Source: Bacteroidota bacterium
GTDB taxonomy: Bacteria > Bacteroidota > Bacteroidia > Chitinophagales > Chitinophagaceae
Reading direction: 5' to 3'
Assembly (NCBI GenBank): GCA_028876495.1
Contig: JAGWRO010000090.1
Span: 28,557 to 92,556 of the forward strand
DNA: 64,000 bases
Part shown: piece after piece, positions 10,320 to 18,433 of the stretch
Numbering within the stretch: position 1 is the stretch's first letter
Layout: each line of letters starts with the position of its first letter
Notes under the pieces: generated by a model
The model's input: only the letters and a program-made list of their open reading frames with translations
Database searches by the model: none
What the model was told of the DNA's origin: nothing
Made by a program: the position numbers and the translations under genes

Positions 10320-11431
10320 TTGAAGCAGTTTATGACTTTGCAAACCACTTCAACATCTGCCTGTTTCATCACTTGGCTAATTGGTAATGAAATAATTTGC
10401 TCATGAATTTTTTCAGATATGGGATAAGAGTCATTGTTCCATTCGGAATAGGCTTTCTGTTTATGTGGAGGAATTGGGTAATGAATTACAGTCTGAATAC
10501 CGTTCTCTGTCAGATACTTTTGGAATTTTTCTCTTTCTTCGACTCTCACTGCAAAAACATGCCATACATTAGAATCTAAATCTTCAATATTTGTTTGTTT
10601 ACTGTAGGGCAATACTATTAAATTGTTTTTTATATTATGGATATAATAGTGAGCAATTTTTCGCCTGAAGGAATTATCCAGATTAAGGTTTTTTAATTTG
10701 ATAGATAAAAACGCTGCCTGAATTTCATCGAGTCGGCTATTTATTCCTTTATAAATATTTTCGTATTTTTTATGAGATCCATAATTGCGCAAAGCAGTTA
10801 TGGTTTCTGCAAGTTTATCATCATTGGTTGTAACAGCACCACCATCACCAAGTGCACCGAGGTTTTTGCCGGGATAAAAACTAAAACCCGCTGCATCTGC
10901 GAGATTGCCACACATAATGCTATTGAATTTTGCTCCATGAGATTGAGCGCAATCTTCAATCACCTTAAGATTGTATTTTTTTGCAATGATATTAATAGCA
11001 TCCATATTGCAAAGTCTTCCATATAAATGCACTGGTAAAATTGCTTTGGTTTTTGAAGTGATTTTTTCTTCAATTAAATTTTCATCTATCAAAAAAGTTG
11101 AAATGGTTGGCTCTACTAAAACTGGAATCAGGCCTGCTTTTGAAATAGCGAGTATGGTTGCAATGTACGTATTGGAGGGAACGATCACCTCGTCACCATT
11201 ATTTATATTTCCTAATTCTTTATATCCTTCAAGAATTAAAATCAAAGCATCTAAGCCATTGGCAACGCCAATACAATTTTTAACGTTGCAGAACTCAGCA
11301 AATTCTTTCTCAAATTTTTTTACATTTTCTCCTAAAATAAACCAGCCGGCATCCAAAAGTTTTTCGAACTCCCGCATGAACTCTTTATTATCTCTCTTAT
11401 TAATTCCTTTAATATTTAAAAATTCAATCAT
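10316..11431 (-). CDS. DegT/DnrJ/EryC1/StrS PLP aminotransferase (FdtB/QdtB-like)
   Basis: [39 protein letters not shown] (PLP lysine) and [10 protein letters not shown]. Follows the isomerase and acetyltransferase genes. Confidence 0.92.
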   Translation of the reverse strand: MIEFLNIKGINKRDNKEFMREFEKLLDAGWFILGENVKKFEKEFAEFCNVKNCIGVANGLDALILILEGYKELGNINNGDEVIVPSNTYIATILAISKAGLIPVLVEPTISTFLIDENLIEEKITSKTKAILPVHLYGRLCNMDAINIIAKKYNLKVIEDCAQSHGAKFNSIMCGNLADAAGFSFYPGKNLGALGDGGAVTTNDDKLAETITALRNYGSHKKYENIYKGINSRLDEIQAAFLSIKLKNLNLDNSFRRKIAHYYIHNIKNNLIVLPYSKQTNIEDLDSNVWHVFAVRVEEREKFQKYLTENGIQTVIHYPIPPHKQKAYSEWNNDSYPISEKIHEQIISLPISQVMKQADVEVVCKVINCFK

Positions 11432-11439
11432 TTAACTAT

Positions 11440-11913
11440 TTATTTATTCTGATTTTCGTCAGTCCTTCCAATAACTTTCGCAGGATTTCCATAAACTAAG
11501 GTAAATGGCTGTATATTCTTTGTAACTACGCTTCCAGCGCCTATCATAGCATATTCACCAATCGTAACGCCACCAAGAATTGTTGCGTTAGCTCCGATGG
11601 AAGCTCCTTTGGCAATATGGGTTGTCTGAAATAGTTCGGGATATTTTTTTGACCTTGGATATTTGTCATTTACAAAAGTAACATTGGGGCCAATAAAAAC
11701 ATCATCCTCGATTCTTAGTCCATCCCAAATGAAGACGCCTGGTTTTACAGTTACCCTGTCACCAATTATAACATCATTTTCAATAAATGTATGGCAATTG
11801 ATATTACAATTTTTCCCCACGATTGCTTTTGGTAAGATAACAGCAAATTGCCAAATGGTAGTTCCTTCACCTATCTGAGTTGATTGCACATCAGCTAATG
11901 GATGAATCTTCAT
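11440..11913 (-). CDS. Hexapeptide-repeat N-acetyltransferase (FdtC/QdtC/WxcM-like)
   Basis: [21 protein letters not shown], left-handed beta-helix repeats, [18 protein letters not shown]. Confidence 0.9.
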   Translation of the reverse strand: MKIHPLADVQSTQIGEGTTIWQFAVILPKAIVGKNCNINCHTFIENDVIIGDRVTVKPGVFIWDGLRIEDDVFIGPNVTFVNDKYPRSKKYPELFQTTHIAKGASIGANATILGGVTIGEYAMIGAGSVVTKNIQPFTLVYGNPAKVIGRTDENQNK

Positions 11914-12311
11914 GATAATTTTTTAAATTCTTCGTAATCTCTTATATAGTCACTCATTTCATAAGGCATATTTGCAATGCACATCTGTACGGCATTGTGG
12001 CTGTATTGCATTTTATGCCAGCAATATTTTGGCAGAAAGATTCCCTGGTCGGCAGTTTCTAAAATAAACCATTGTTCATCTTCGCCAGGCATTTGCGTTG
12101 TAACAATTATTTTGCCTGCTACAGCTACTAAAATTTGTTCCAGGTGGTGGTGGGCATGTCCTCCACGATTTATACTTTCAGGAGTAAAATAAGTCCAGTA
12201 AACCCTTTTAACTTCAAAAGGCAACGTTTCTTTTTCTGCTACAGAAATGTAACCTTCAATAGTTTTACCAATTTTAGGAAAGTTCATTAGCCTGGGGGTT
12301 TCGTAAATCAT
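11910..12311 (-). CDS. dTDP-4-keto-6-deoxyglucose 3,4-ketoisomerase (FdtA/QdtA cupin)
   Basis: PFEVKRVYW and RGGHAHH catalytic His pair. ATGA overlap with the next gene. Confidence 0.9.
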   Translation of the reverse strand: MIYETPRLMNFPKIGKTIEGYISVAEKETLPFEVKRVYWTYFTPESINRGGHAHHHLEQILVAVAGKIIVTTQMPGEDEQWFILETADQGIFLPKYCWHKMQYSHNAVQMCIANMPYEMSDYIRDYEEFKKLS

Positions 12312-12561
12312 CGGGCGAATATAATTTTAAGCTTTGTATTATTTTTAGACAGGTTTTTAGTGATTAGAAAACTCTGTTACTTTTAAGTAACTGCATTGTT
12401 AGGTCTATTATTGCGATCATTTCAAGTATTTTTTATTATAATGGTTTTGAATGTTTAATAAACTAGCCAGTTTTATTACCTTAAGCACCTTCTTTGAAAC
12501 CCATCGTGAGCTCAGCTTAAAAATTGGCATTTATAAAAAAATACTCCAATAGGTATTGAAA

Positions 12562-12569
12562 CAAAGATA
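12562..12569 (-). promoter_or_regulatory. Bacteroidota -7 promoter element (TATCTTTG), distal to fdtA
   Basis: Matches TAnnTTTG on the minus strand about 250 nt upstream of the isomerase start. Confidence 0.45.
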
Positions 12570-12618
12570 ATCACAATGCAAGTTATTATATTCTAATCCG
12601 AAGGTGTTATTCTATTAC

Positions 12619-12626
12619 TATATTTG
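12619..12626 (+). promoter_or_regulatory. -7 promoter element (TATATTTG) for the inverted GT gene
   Basis: TAnnTTTG match about 30 nt upstream of ATG 12655. Confidence 0.6.
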
Positions 12627-12654
12627 AACTGAGTATATACTAAATGAATTGTTT

Positions 12655-13707
12655 ATGAATTTCAGGGAATTAAAAATTGGCTATGTTCCTTATCTGCCAG
12701 ATCTATCGCAGCCGGCAGACAGAAGGAGATTCCCTTTTTTTGCAAAAACCAATGGGATACCATTTGAAATCGCTGATGAAAATAAACCTTATGATGTTAT
12801 TTTATTGACTGCTCCTGCCAACCTTACCCAATGGCTTTATTACAAAAGGAAAAATCCTTCAACCAAATTTATTTTTGAAATGGTTGACAGTTTGATTCTT
12901 CCTTCTGATACTTTTAGTGATTTATTTAAAGGGATTGGCCGGTATATTATTGGGAAAGAAAAGAAGCTTACTCTCAATTTCAGGCACCTGTTAATCGAAT
13001 GGATTAAAGTATCAGATCTCGTTATTTGTTCGAGTAGTGAAATAAAACGAATTATTGAGCAGTGGAATAAAAACGTGGTGATAAGCCTGGACTATTTGCA
13101 AAACGAAATTAAGACGTGTAAAGATGATTACCATATAAGCGGTAAAATGAAATTAGTTTGGGAAGGGCAGAGTGTTGTTGCGCGACATCTGTTGGATTTT
13201 AAGGAGGTTTTTAAACAAGTAAATTCTTTTTGTGAACTTCATATAATTACTGATAAAAAATTTCCTTCATATGGAAATCTGATCAATCGTGAGGTAAATA
13301 ATATTTTAAAAGAATTGCCTATAGAGACAGTTTTTCACCCTTGGGAAATTTATAAAAACTACGAAATGCTTATACAATGTGACTGCGGTATTATCCCTTT
13401 GAATAAAAAAAACAAAATGGCCTGGCATAAGCCTGCTAACAAACTAATTTCGTTTTGGTTTGCAGGCCTTCCTACTTTAGTTTCAGATACTCCGGCTTAT
13501 ATCGAATTTATGGAAGCAGCTAATTCTAAAATGTATTGCAGAAACACGGATGAATGGGTATCAAAAATAAAAGAAATAATGAGTATATCTGCTGAAGAAA
13601 GAAAAGTAAATGCGCTACAAAATTTAAGCTTTGTTAAGCAACATTATTCAAATGAAGCCATCTCATCAACCTGGTTTGAGGTTTTTAACATGATAAATGT
13701 GTCCTAA
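12655..13707 (+). CDS. Atypical GT-B fold glycosyltransferase (GT4-like), inverted within the locus
   Basis: C-terminal CDCGIIPL..HKPANKLISFWFAGLPTLVSD resembles the GT4 nucleotide-sugar binding region but has no EX7E. Confidence 0.65.
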   Translation: MNFRELKIGYVPYLPDLSQPADRRRFPFFAKTNGIPFEIADENKPYDVILLTAPANLTQWLYYKRKNPSTKFIFEMVDSLILPSDTFSDLFKGIGRYIIGKEKKLTLNFRHLLIEWIKVSDLVICSSSEIKRIIEQWNKNVVISLDYLQNEIKTCKDDYHISGKMKLVWEGQSVVARHLLDFKEVFKQVNSFCELHIITDKKFPSYGNLINREVNNILKELPIETVFHPWEIYKNYEMLIQCDCGIIPLNKKNKMAWHKPANKLISFWFAGLPTLVSDTPAYIEFMEAANSKMYCRNTDEWVSKIKEIMSISAEERKVNALQNLSFVKQHYSNEAISSTWFEVFNMINVS

Positions 13708-13761
13708 ACAGTAAATAAACAAATTCTTTCAATTTAGATTTTGACAATTCATTTACTAAGC

Positions 13762-14691
13762 CTATATGCCTTTTGATTTCGAATTTTGATTATTTGCTTT
13801 CCTTATGAACAATGTATAGCCTATGAACACAGTTTTTATTTCTTTAAACCTTCCTGAAAGCAAAAGAAAAAATGTTCGTGTAAAAGGTTCAATAAAATAA
13901 GTGCCAAACCAAACCAGCCAATAACCACTGGTTGTAAAATGTTTTCGGGCATATTGTAATCTGCTCCGCAAATTCAAAAAAAGCCGAAAAGCCTTCACAG
14001 CTTTGGTGGTTCCTTCGCCGCTATGAATTGCAACGATATCTGTATTAAAAAATGATTTTCCACCAAGGTTATGTAATCTTTTTGAAAAATCTAACTCTTC
14101 ACAATACACAAAGAAACGTTCGTCAAAATACCCCACTTTTTCAAAAATTGAATACCTCATAAACATAAAAGCGCCCATTACCTGATCGACATATCTACTG
14201 GTTTTATGATCCCAATCAGACATTAAAATAGCTGGTGTAAAAACTTTTGGAAAAACTTTTGAGAAGCCGACGGAGTCCATAAATAATTTTAGAGGAGTTG
14301 GGAACCGTGCACAACTTGAGGACGTTTCACCTTCATCATTCAACAGTCTGCAACCCAGAATATCTGTTTCAGGATGCCTTTCCATAAAAGCAATACAATC
14401 TTTTAATGTGGTATCTAATAATTGTGTGTCTGGGTTAAGTAAAAGAACGTATGGTGATTTTGACAAAAGAAAACCTTGGTTGGATGCTTTTGCAAATCCC
14501 TTGTTTTCGTTATTTCTTATGATTTGAATCTTATCGTTTGGTAAAATGTTTTTGACGGATAAATCACTGGAACTATTATCAATAATAAAAACCATATTTA
14601 CAAAACGTTCATTAGAATTAGAAAATATTGAAGTAATACATTTCTCCAAATAATTACCACTGTTCCAGTTTACTATTATAATATCTGTCAT
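13762..14691 (-). CDS. GT2 family glycosyltransferase (WbbL/rhamnosyltransferase-like)
   Basis: DIIIVNWNS, IIDNSSSD, LLNPDT, GAFMFMR, FFVYCEELD. Confidence 0.88.
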   Translation of the reverse strand: MTDIIIVNWNSGNYLEKCITSIFSNSNERFVNMVFIIDNSSSDLSVKNILPNDKIQIIRNNENKGFAKASNQGFLLSKSPYVLLLNPDTQLLDTTLKDCIAFMERHPETDILGCRLLNDEGETSSSCARFPTPLKLFMDSVGFSKVFPKVFTPAILMSDWDHKTSRYVDQVMGAFMFMRYSIFEKVGYFDERFFVYCEELDFSKRLHNLGGKSFFNTDIVAIHSGEGTTKAVKAFRLFLNLRSRLQYARKHFTTSGYWLVWFGTYFIEPFTRTFFLLLSGRFKEIKTVFIGYTLFIRKANNQNSKSKGI

Positions 14692-15965
14692 TTTGGAGAA
14701 ACAAAAAATTTATTTAAAAATAAGATTCCTTCAAAGTAAATAACAACCTGTAACCAGGTTGAAAATAAAGACAAATATTGATCCTGGAAAAAGCTCATAA
14801 ATAAAGGGAATAATAAAAAAGAAAAATAGACGGTGTACCTTATACTTTTTGCAGAGATAGCCTTGAGGTAAATAAAAGTATGAATGAAACCAAAAACAAA
14901 CAACATAAACCATGCATAGAAGTTTCCGAAGTCTTTTATATAAGGGCTGTAGATGGTGTATACATTAGTGGGATAGGGTACAAAAACAAAGGGCTGCGTT
15001 AATTCTTCAACTTTTGCATTTGGGACCCATTTTAATTGTTCAGCAATCTTCATGAAAAATCGTAAAGAGTGATTACCATCGTAATTAATCTGAAAATGAT
15101 GATGCCTTTCCCATTCAAGAGCATTTAACGGAGAAACCAGGTAAACAGCAGTTGTTTCAGCAGCTGGTTTTATATTTTCTTTTAATGTATTTTTTTCGCT
15201 TCCTCCTTTACCATACATTATGCCGATTGCAATAAAAACCAGCATGAAAAAAATCAACAGATAAAATATTTTTTTAACTGAAAAGTTTTTATTAAGCAGA
15301 TAAGAGAGGCCTAAATAAATAAGCACCAGTTCTAAAAACAAACCACGTCCTGTAACAAAAACAGCGTAGGTAATAGATATTAATAAATTAGCTATTAACA
15401 AGATCCCATTCAATCTGTTTTTTTCCGTAAGGTAACAATACAAGTTAACGGCAAAAATTACATAAGAGAATGAAACGAGGTATTTTAAAGGGCCGATATC
15501 TTCACTACCGTATGAAAGCTCGGTCCTTAATCCCACGAAGAAATTATCAATATTGGAAGCAAGAAAAACGCGATAGGCTGCCTGAATATAAAATGGTAAC
15601 CCTACCGCAATAATAACAAGAAGTATAATTCTTAGCGCAAGATTTATATTCGATTGCCCGCTACAGGCAGGCGTAATTTCTGTATTTTTTTTTTGCCAGA
15701 TGATTGTTTGAACGAAGCCACCAAAACTAAAAGCCAACGTTCCAATAAAGAAAATAAGAAAGGTAGAGGTGCTTAAAGGAAATAAGTCAGGAAGAATAGT
15801 AAGTTTAAAAATAAAGTGTAACAACAATACCGTAAACCAAATGAGCGAAAACAAAACAGCAGGATGCATTATTTTCTTTTTCATTATTTGATAATTTGCC
15901 ACAAATAATAAAAATTGCAGAAAGATAAAGCTCAATTCAATTAAGATGTTATTTAAATCATGCAT
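14688..15965 (-). CDS. wzy: O-antigen/oligosaccharide repeat-unit polymerase
   Basis: About 10 TM segments, TGRG motif, periplasmic loop ending in PTNVYTIYSPYIKDFG; adjacent to a flippase. Confidence 0.8.
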   Translation of the reverse strand: MHDLNNILIELSFIFLQFLLFVANYQIMKKKIMHPAVLFSLIWFTVLLLHFIFKLTILPDLFPLSTSTFLIFFIGTLAFSFGGFVQTIIWQKKNTEITPACSGQSNINLALRIILLVIIAVGLPFYIQAAYRVFLASNIDNFFVGLRTELSYGSEDIGPLKYLVSFSYVIFAVNLYCYLTEKNRLNGILLIANLLISITYAVFVTGRGLFLELVLIYLGLSYLLNKNFSVKKIFYLLIFFMLVFIAIGIMYGKGGSEKNTLKENIKPAAETTAVYLVSPLNALEWERHHHFQINYDGNHSLRFFMKIAEQLKWVPNAKVEELTQPFVFVPYPTNVYTIYSPYIKDFGNFYAWFMLFVFGFIHTFIYLKAISAKSIRYTVYFSFLLFPLFMSFFQDQYLSLFSTWLQVVIYFEGILFLNKFFVSPK

Positions 15966-15979
15966 GAATAATTTTGTTA

Positions 15980-17269
15980 CTACATTTTAAGGTTTATGAA
16001 TTTTGGTTTTCTGCTGAATGATCTTGAAAATGATATTAATTCAGAAAACGATATTAATAAAAGATAAACAAAAGCTGATAATAAAAATCCTGCAGGATAA
16101 ACCAAAATGTTATTGTTGCTTTTAAACAGAAAGTAAAATATAAGTTGTATAGTAAAGGCGATAACAACCATTGCAAGTAAGAAAAAACTATTAAGCTTTA
16201 ATTCAAAACGTTTTTGCGCAAGAATAGCCAATTGCCAAATGAAGGTTCCGCAAATCACAATAAATCCCATCAGTCTAAAAGTTTCTGTATTTGGGGTTTT
16301 TAAAATTAAGCGTAACAGATCGGCACCAAACCACCAATATAAAATGCTTGCAACAGTAAATCCACTTATTTCAAAGATTATTATTTTTTTTATGAATTTT
16401 CTTATTTCAGTTTTATTGCCTCTTTCATAGGCCGACGTTAAAATCGGAAACAATGAAGTAACTACAGGTGAAATAATTAATGTAATACCTCTGAATAGTA
16501 AATCAAAAATAGCCTGGTAGTTACCTTGCGCTTCCGCACCTTCATATTTAAACATAAATAGTTTATCTGCATAGGAAATCAGGTAAGAAAATAAAAACCA
16601 TAACGAAAGCGGTGCTCCGTATTTGAAAAATTTTTTAAACAATAGTATCTTTTCAAGTGTTGTATTTAACTCAAAATCTTCTTCTTTAAAAAATTGCAAC
16701 GCCTTTTTTATTAAAAAAAACAGGGAAAAAAGATACGAAGAAAAAACAGCGATAAATAATGAGTAAAGGTAACTTAGGCCAGAAAATTTTAGAAGTAAAA
16801 CGGCACCTCCAACATATGTGGTTACTCTTATGATTTCTGACAAGATTATTTTTCTGGATAAGAAGCTTGACTGAATGATAGGTAAAATGGTGAATTGCAG
16901 TGAAGTGGCGAATAAAACAAGCGACGTCAGTAAGGCTAAAAGCAAATCGTGTCCTACATAAAAAGCTACGATGAAAACAGGGACAAAGAAGATGCCTTGG
17001 GTTTTAAGCGAAAGAATAATAGCCTGTCTTGAAAATGAACGTTTATTGGTACTGGCAGGAAAAAACCTGATGATGCTTTGTGCGATCCATCCGGATAAAA
17101 TTGCAGTAGCAATTAAAATAGCATTAAACCAGATTGAAAATTTGCCATATCCTTTTGCACCTAATAAGTTTTTAAAAACTGGTATGGATAAAGCGGAAAT
17201 AAATGAAGGTAAAATAATGCTAATGAGGTAATTGAAATAATCTTTCTTAAATTTTGAAAATAAATCCAT
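15980..17269 (-). CDS. Second Wzx-like polysaccharide flippase
   Basis: Multi-TM MOP-family pattern: LGAKGYGKFSIW, YGAPL, ADKLFM, GNYQAIFD. Confidence 0.78.
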   Translation of the reverse strand: MDLFSKFKKDYFNYLISIILPSFISALSIPVFKNLLGAKGYGKFSIWFNAILIATAILSGWIAQSIIRFFPASTNKRSFSRQAIILSLKTQGIFFVPVFIVAFYVGHDLLLALLTSLVLFATSLQFTILPIIQSSFLSRKIILSEIIRVTTYVGGAVLLLKFSGLSYLYSLFIAVFSSYLFSLFFLIKKALQFFKEEDFELNTTLEKILLFKKFFKYGAPLSLWFLFSYLISYADKLFMFKYEGAEAQGNYQAIFDLLFRGITLIISPVVTSLFPILTSAYERGNKTEIRKFIKKIIIFEISGFTVASILYWWFGADLLRLILKTPNTETFRLMGFIVICGTFIWQLAILAQKRFELKLNSFFLLAMVVIAFTIQLIFYFLFKSNNNILVYPAGFLLSAFVYLLLISFSELISFSRSFSRKPKFINLKM

Positions 17270-17344
17270 TTTATCTTAGAATATTAAGAGCCCGTTTTTA
17301 TGAATAACTTATTTGAATGCGGATTTATATTACTTAAGTCTAGC

Positions 17345-18412
17345 CTAAGAAAGACTTTTATTTTCAAACAGATTGCGCAATGCAAACCAAAACAAAACCA
17401 GCAGTTCAGCAAAAAAGGCAAAAATGACGGCCATTTTGAATTTGCCTGATTTTATTTTTTCCATTGGATAATCTGCATGATCAATAATCTGCATTAATGG
17501 TATTTCATTTAGATATTGGAAACGCGCCAGCTCAAGGTTTTTAAACATTTCCCCATAAGCTGCTCCATATACCTGGATGTTGGCTTGTTGTTTTTGCACC
17601 GGTACCTGTCCTTCAGAAAAGGCAGGATTCACATTTACATCCTGAACTGTGGCTTTACTGGTAATACTGGAGTTTAAATTTGCTTTCATCGCTGCTGCTC
17701 TTTGCTCAAGAATTTCGAGCGTTTCTTTTGCCTTTTTAGTCCTGATTTCTGTATAAAAATCATTTGTTTTGGCCACCAGACTATCTGTAAATACTTTTGT
17801 AAACTTTTCATCAGGGCTGGTGATATTGACTTCATAAATACTCAATTTGCGATCCGGCCTTTGGGCAAGAATATATTTATCAGTAAAACGGAGGTACATT
17901 TTATATAAGAGGCTATCCTGTTGATAACTGAAGGAAGATCTTGGCTGGCCGGCGGGAAAGTGAATATTTTTTATGGTGCGACTATTTTTGCGCATACCAG
18001 ATTTTTCCAGGTAATATTCTATCAATGTATAAGGTTTGTTGTTGAAAGTATCTATTGATAGCAATACATTTTCAACCATTCGCCGGCTTTTCATGATTTC
18101 CAGAATGTTGTCCCCTTCAAACATGTCTTTTCCACCCCCAATATTTAATCCGAATTGGGAGGCAAGATTTAAAAAATTTCCCACACCATTTCCACTTTCT
18201 GACTCATCAAGGGCAAATGTTAAATGGCTTTTGTATTCAGGCTTTTGATAGATGGCGTAAATAATTCCTGCTATACCCGCCACAATTCCAACTATTAAAA
18301 GCAGCAGCCATTTGTGAAGCAGGAACTTAAGTAGTCTTTTAAGGTTCTTGATTGCTTCAGGTGTATTATCCATTCTATTTAATAACACTTCATTATCTGT
18401 TGCAGCAGCCAT
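17345..18412 (-). CDS. Polysaccharide co-polymerase / chain-length determinant (Wzz-like, no kinase domain)
   Basis: N- and C-terminal TM helices, KPEYKS, periplasmic coiled coil, and PLMQIIDHADYP before the last TM. Confidence 0.8.
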   Translation of the reverse strand: MAAATDNEVLLNRMDNTPEAIKNLKRLLKFLLHKWLLLLIVGIVAGIAGIIYAIYQKPEYKSHLTFALDESESGNGVGNFLNLASQFGLNIGGGKDMFEGDNILEIMKSRRMVENVLLSIDTFNNKPYTLIEYYLEKSGMRKNSRTIKNIHFPAGQPRSSFSYQQDSLLYKMYLRFTDKYILAQRPDRKLSIYEVNITSPDEKFTKVFTDSLVAKTNDFYTEIRTKKAKETLEILEQRAAAMKANLNSSITSKATVQDVNVNPAFSEGQVPVQKQQANIQVYGAAYGEMFKNLELARFQYLNEIPLMQIIDHADYPMEKIKSGKFKMAVIFAFFAELLVLFWFALRNLFENKSLS

Positions 18413-18433
18413 TATTATTTTTTTACAGGTTTA

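Noticed and set aside
10971-11435. 154-aa plus-strand ORF, and similar antisense ORFs at 23989-24393, 27868-28209, 46008-46349 and 54651-55115
   Set aside because: Antisense shadows of well-supported genes, with no motifs.
12312-12654. Possible invertible promoter in the divergent gap
   Set aside because: I found no pair of long inverted repeats flanking a promoter, and there is no recombinase in the window.
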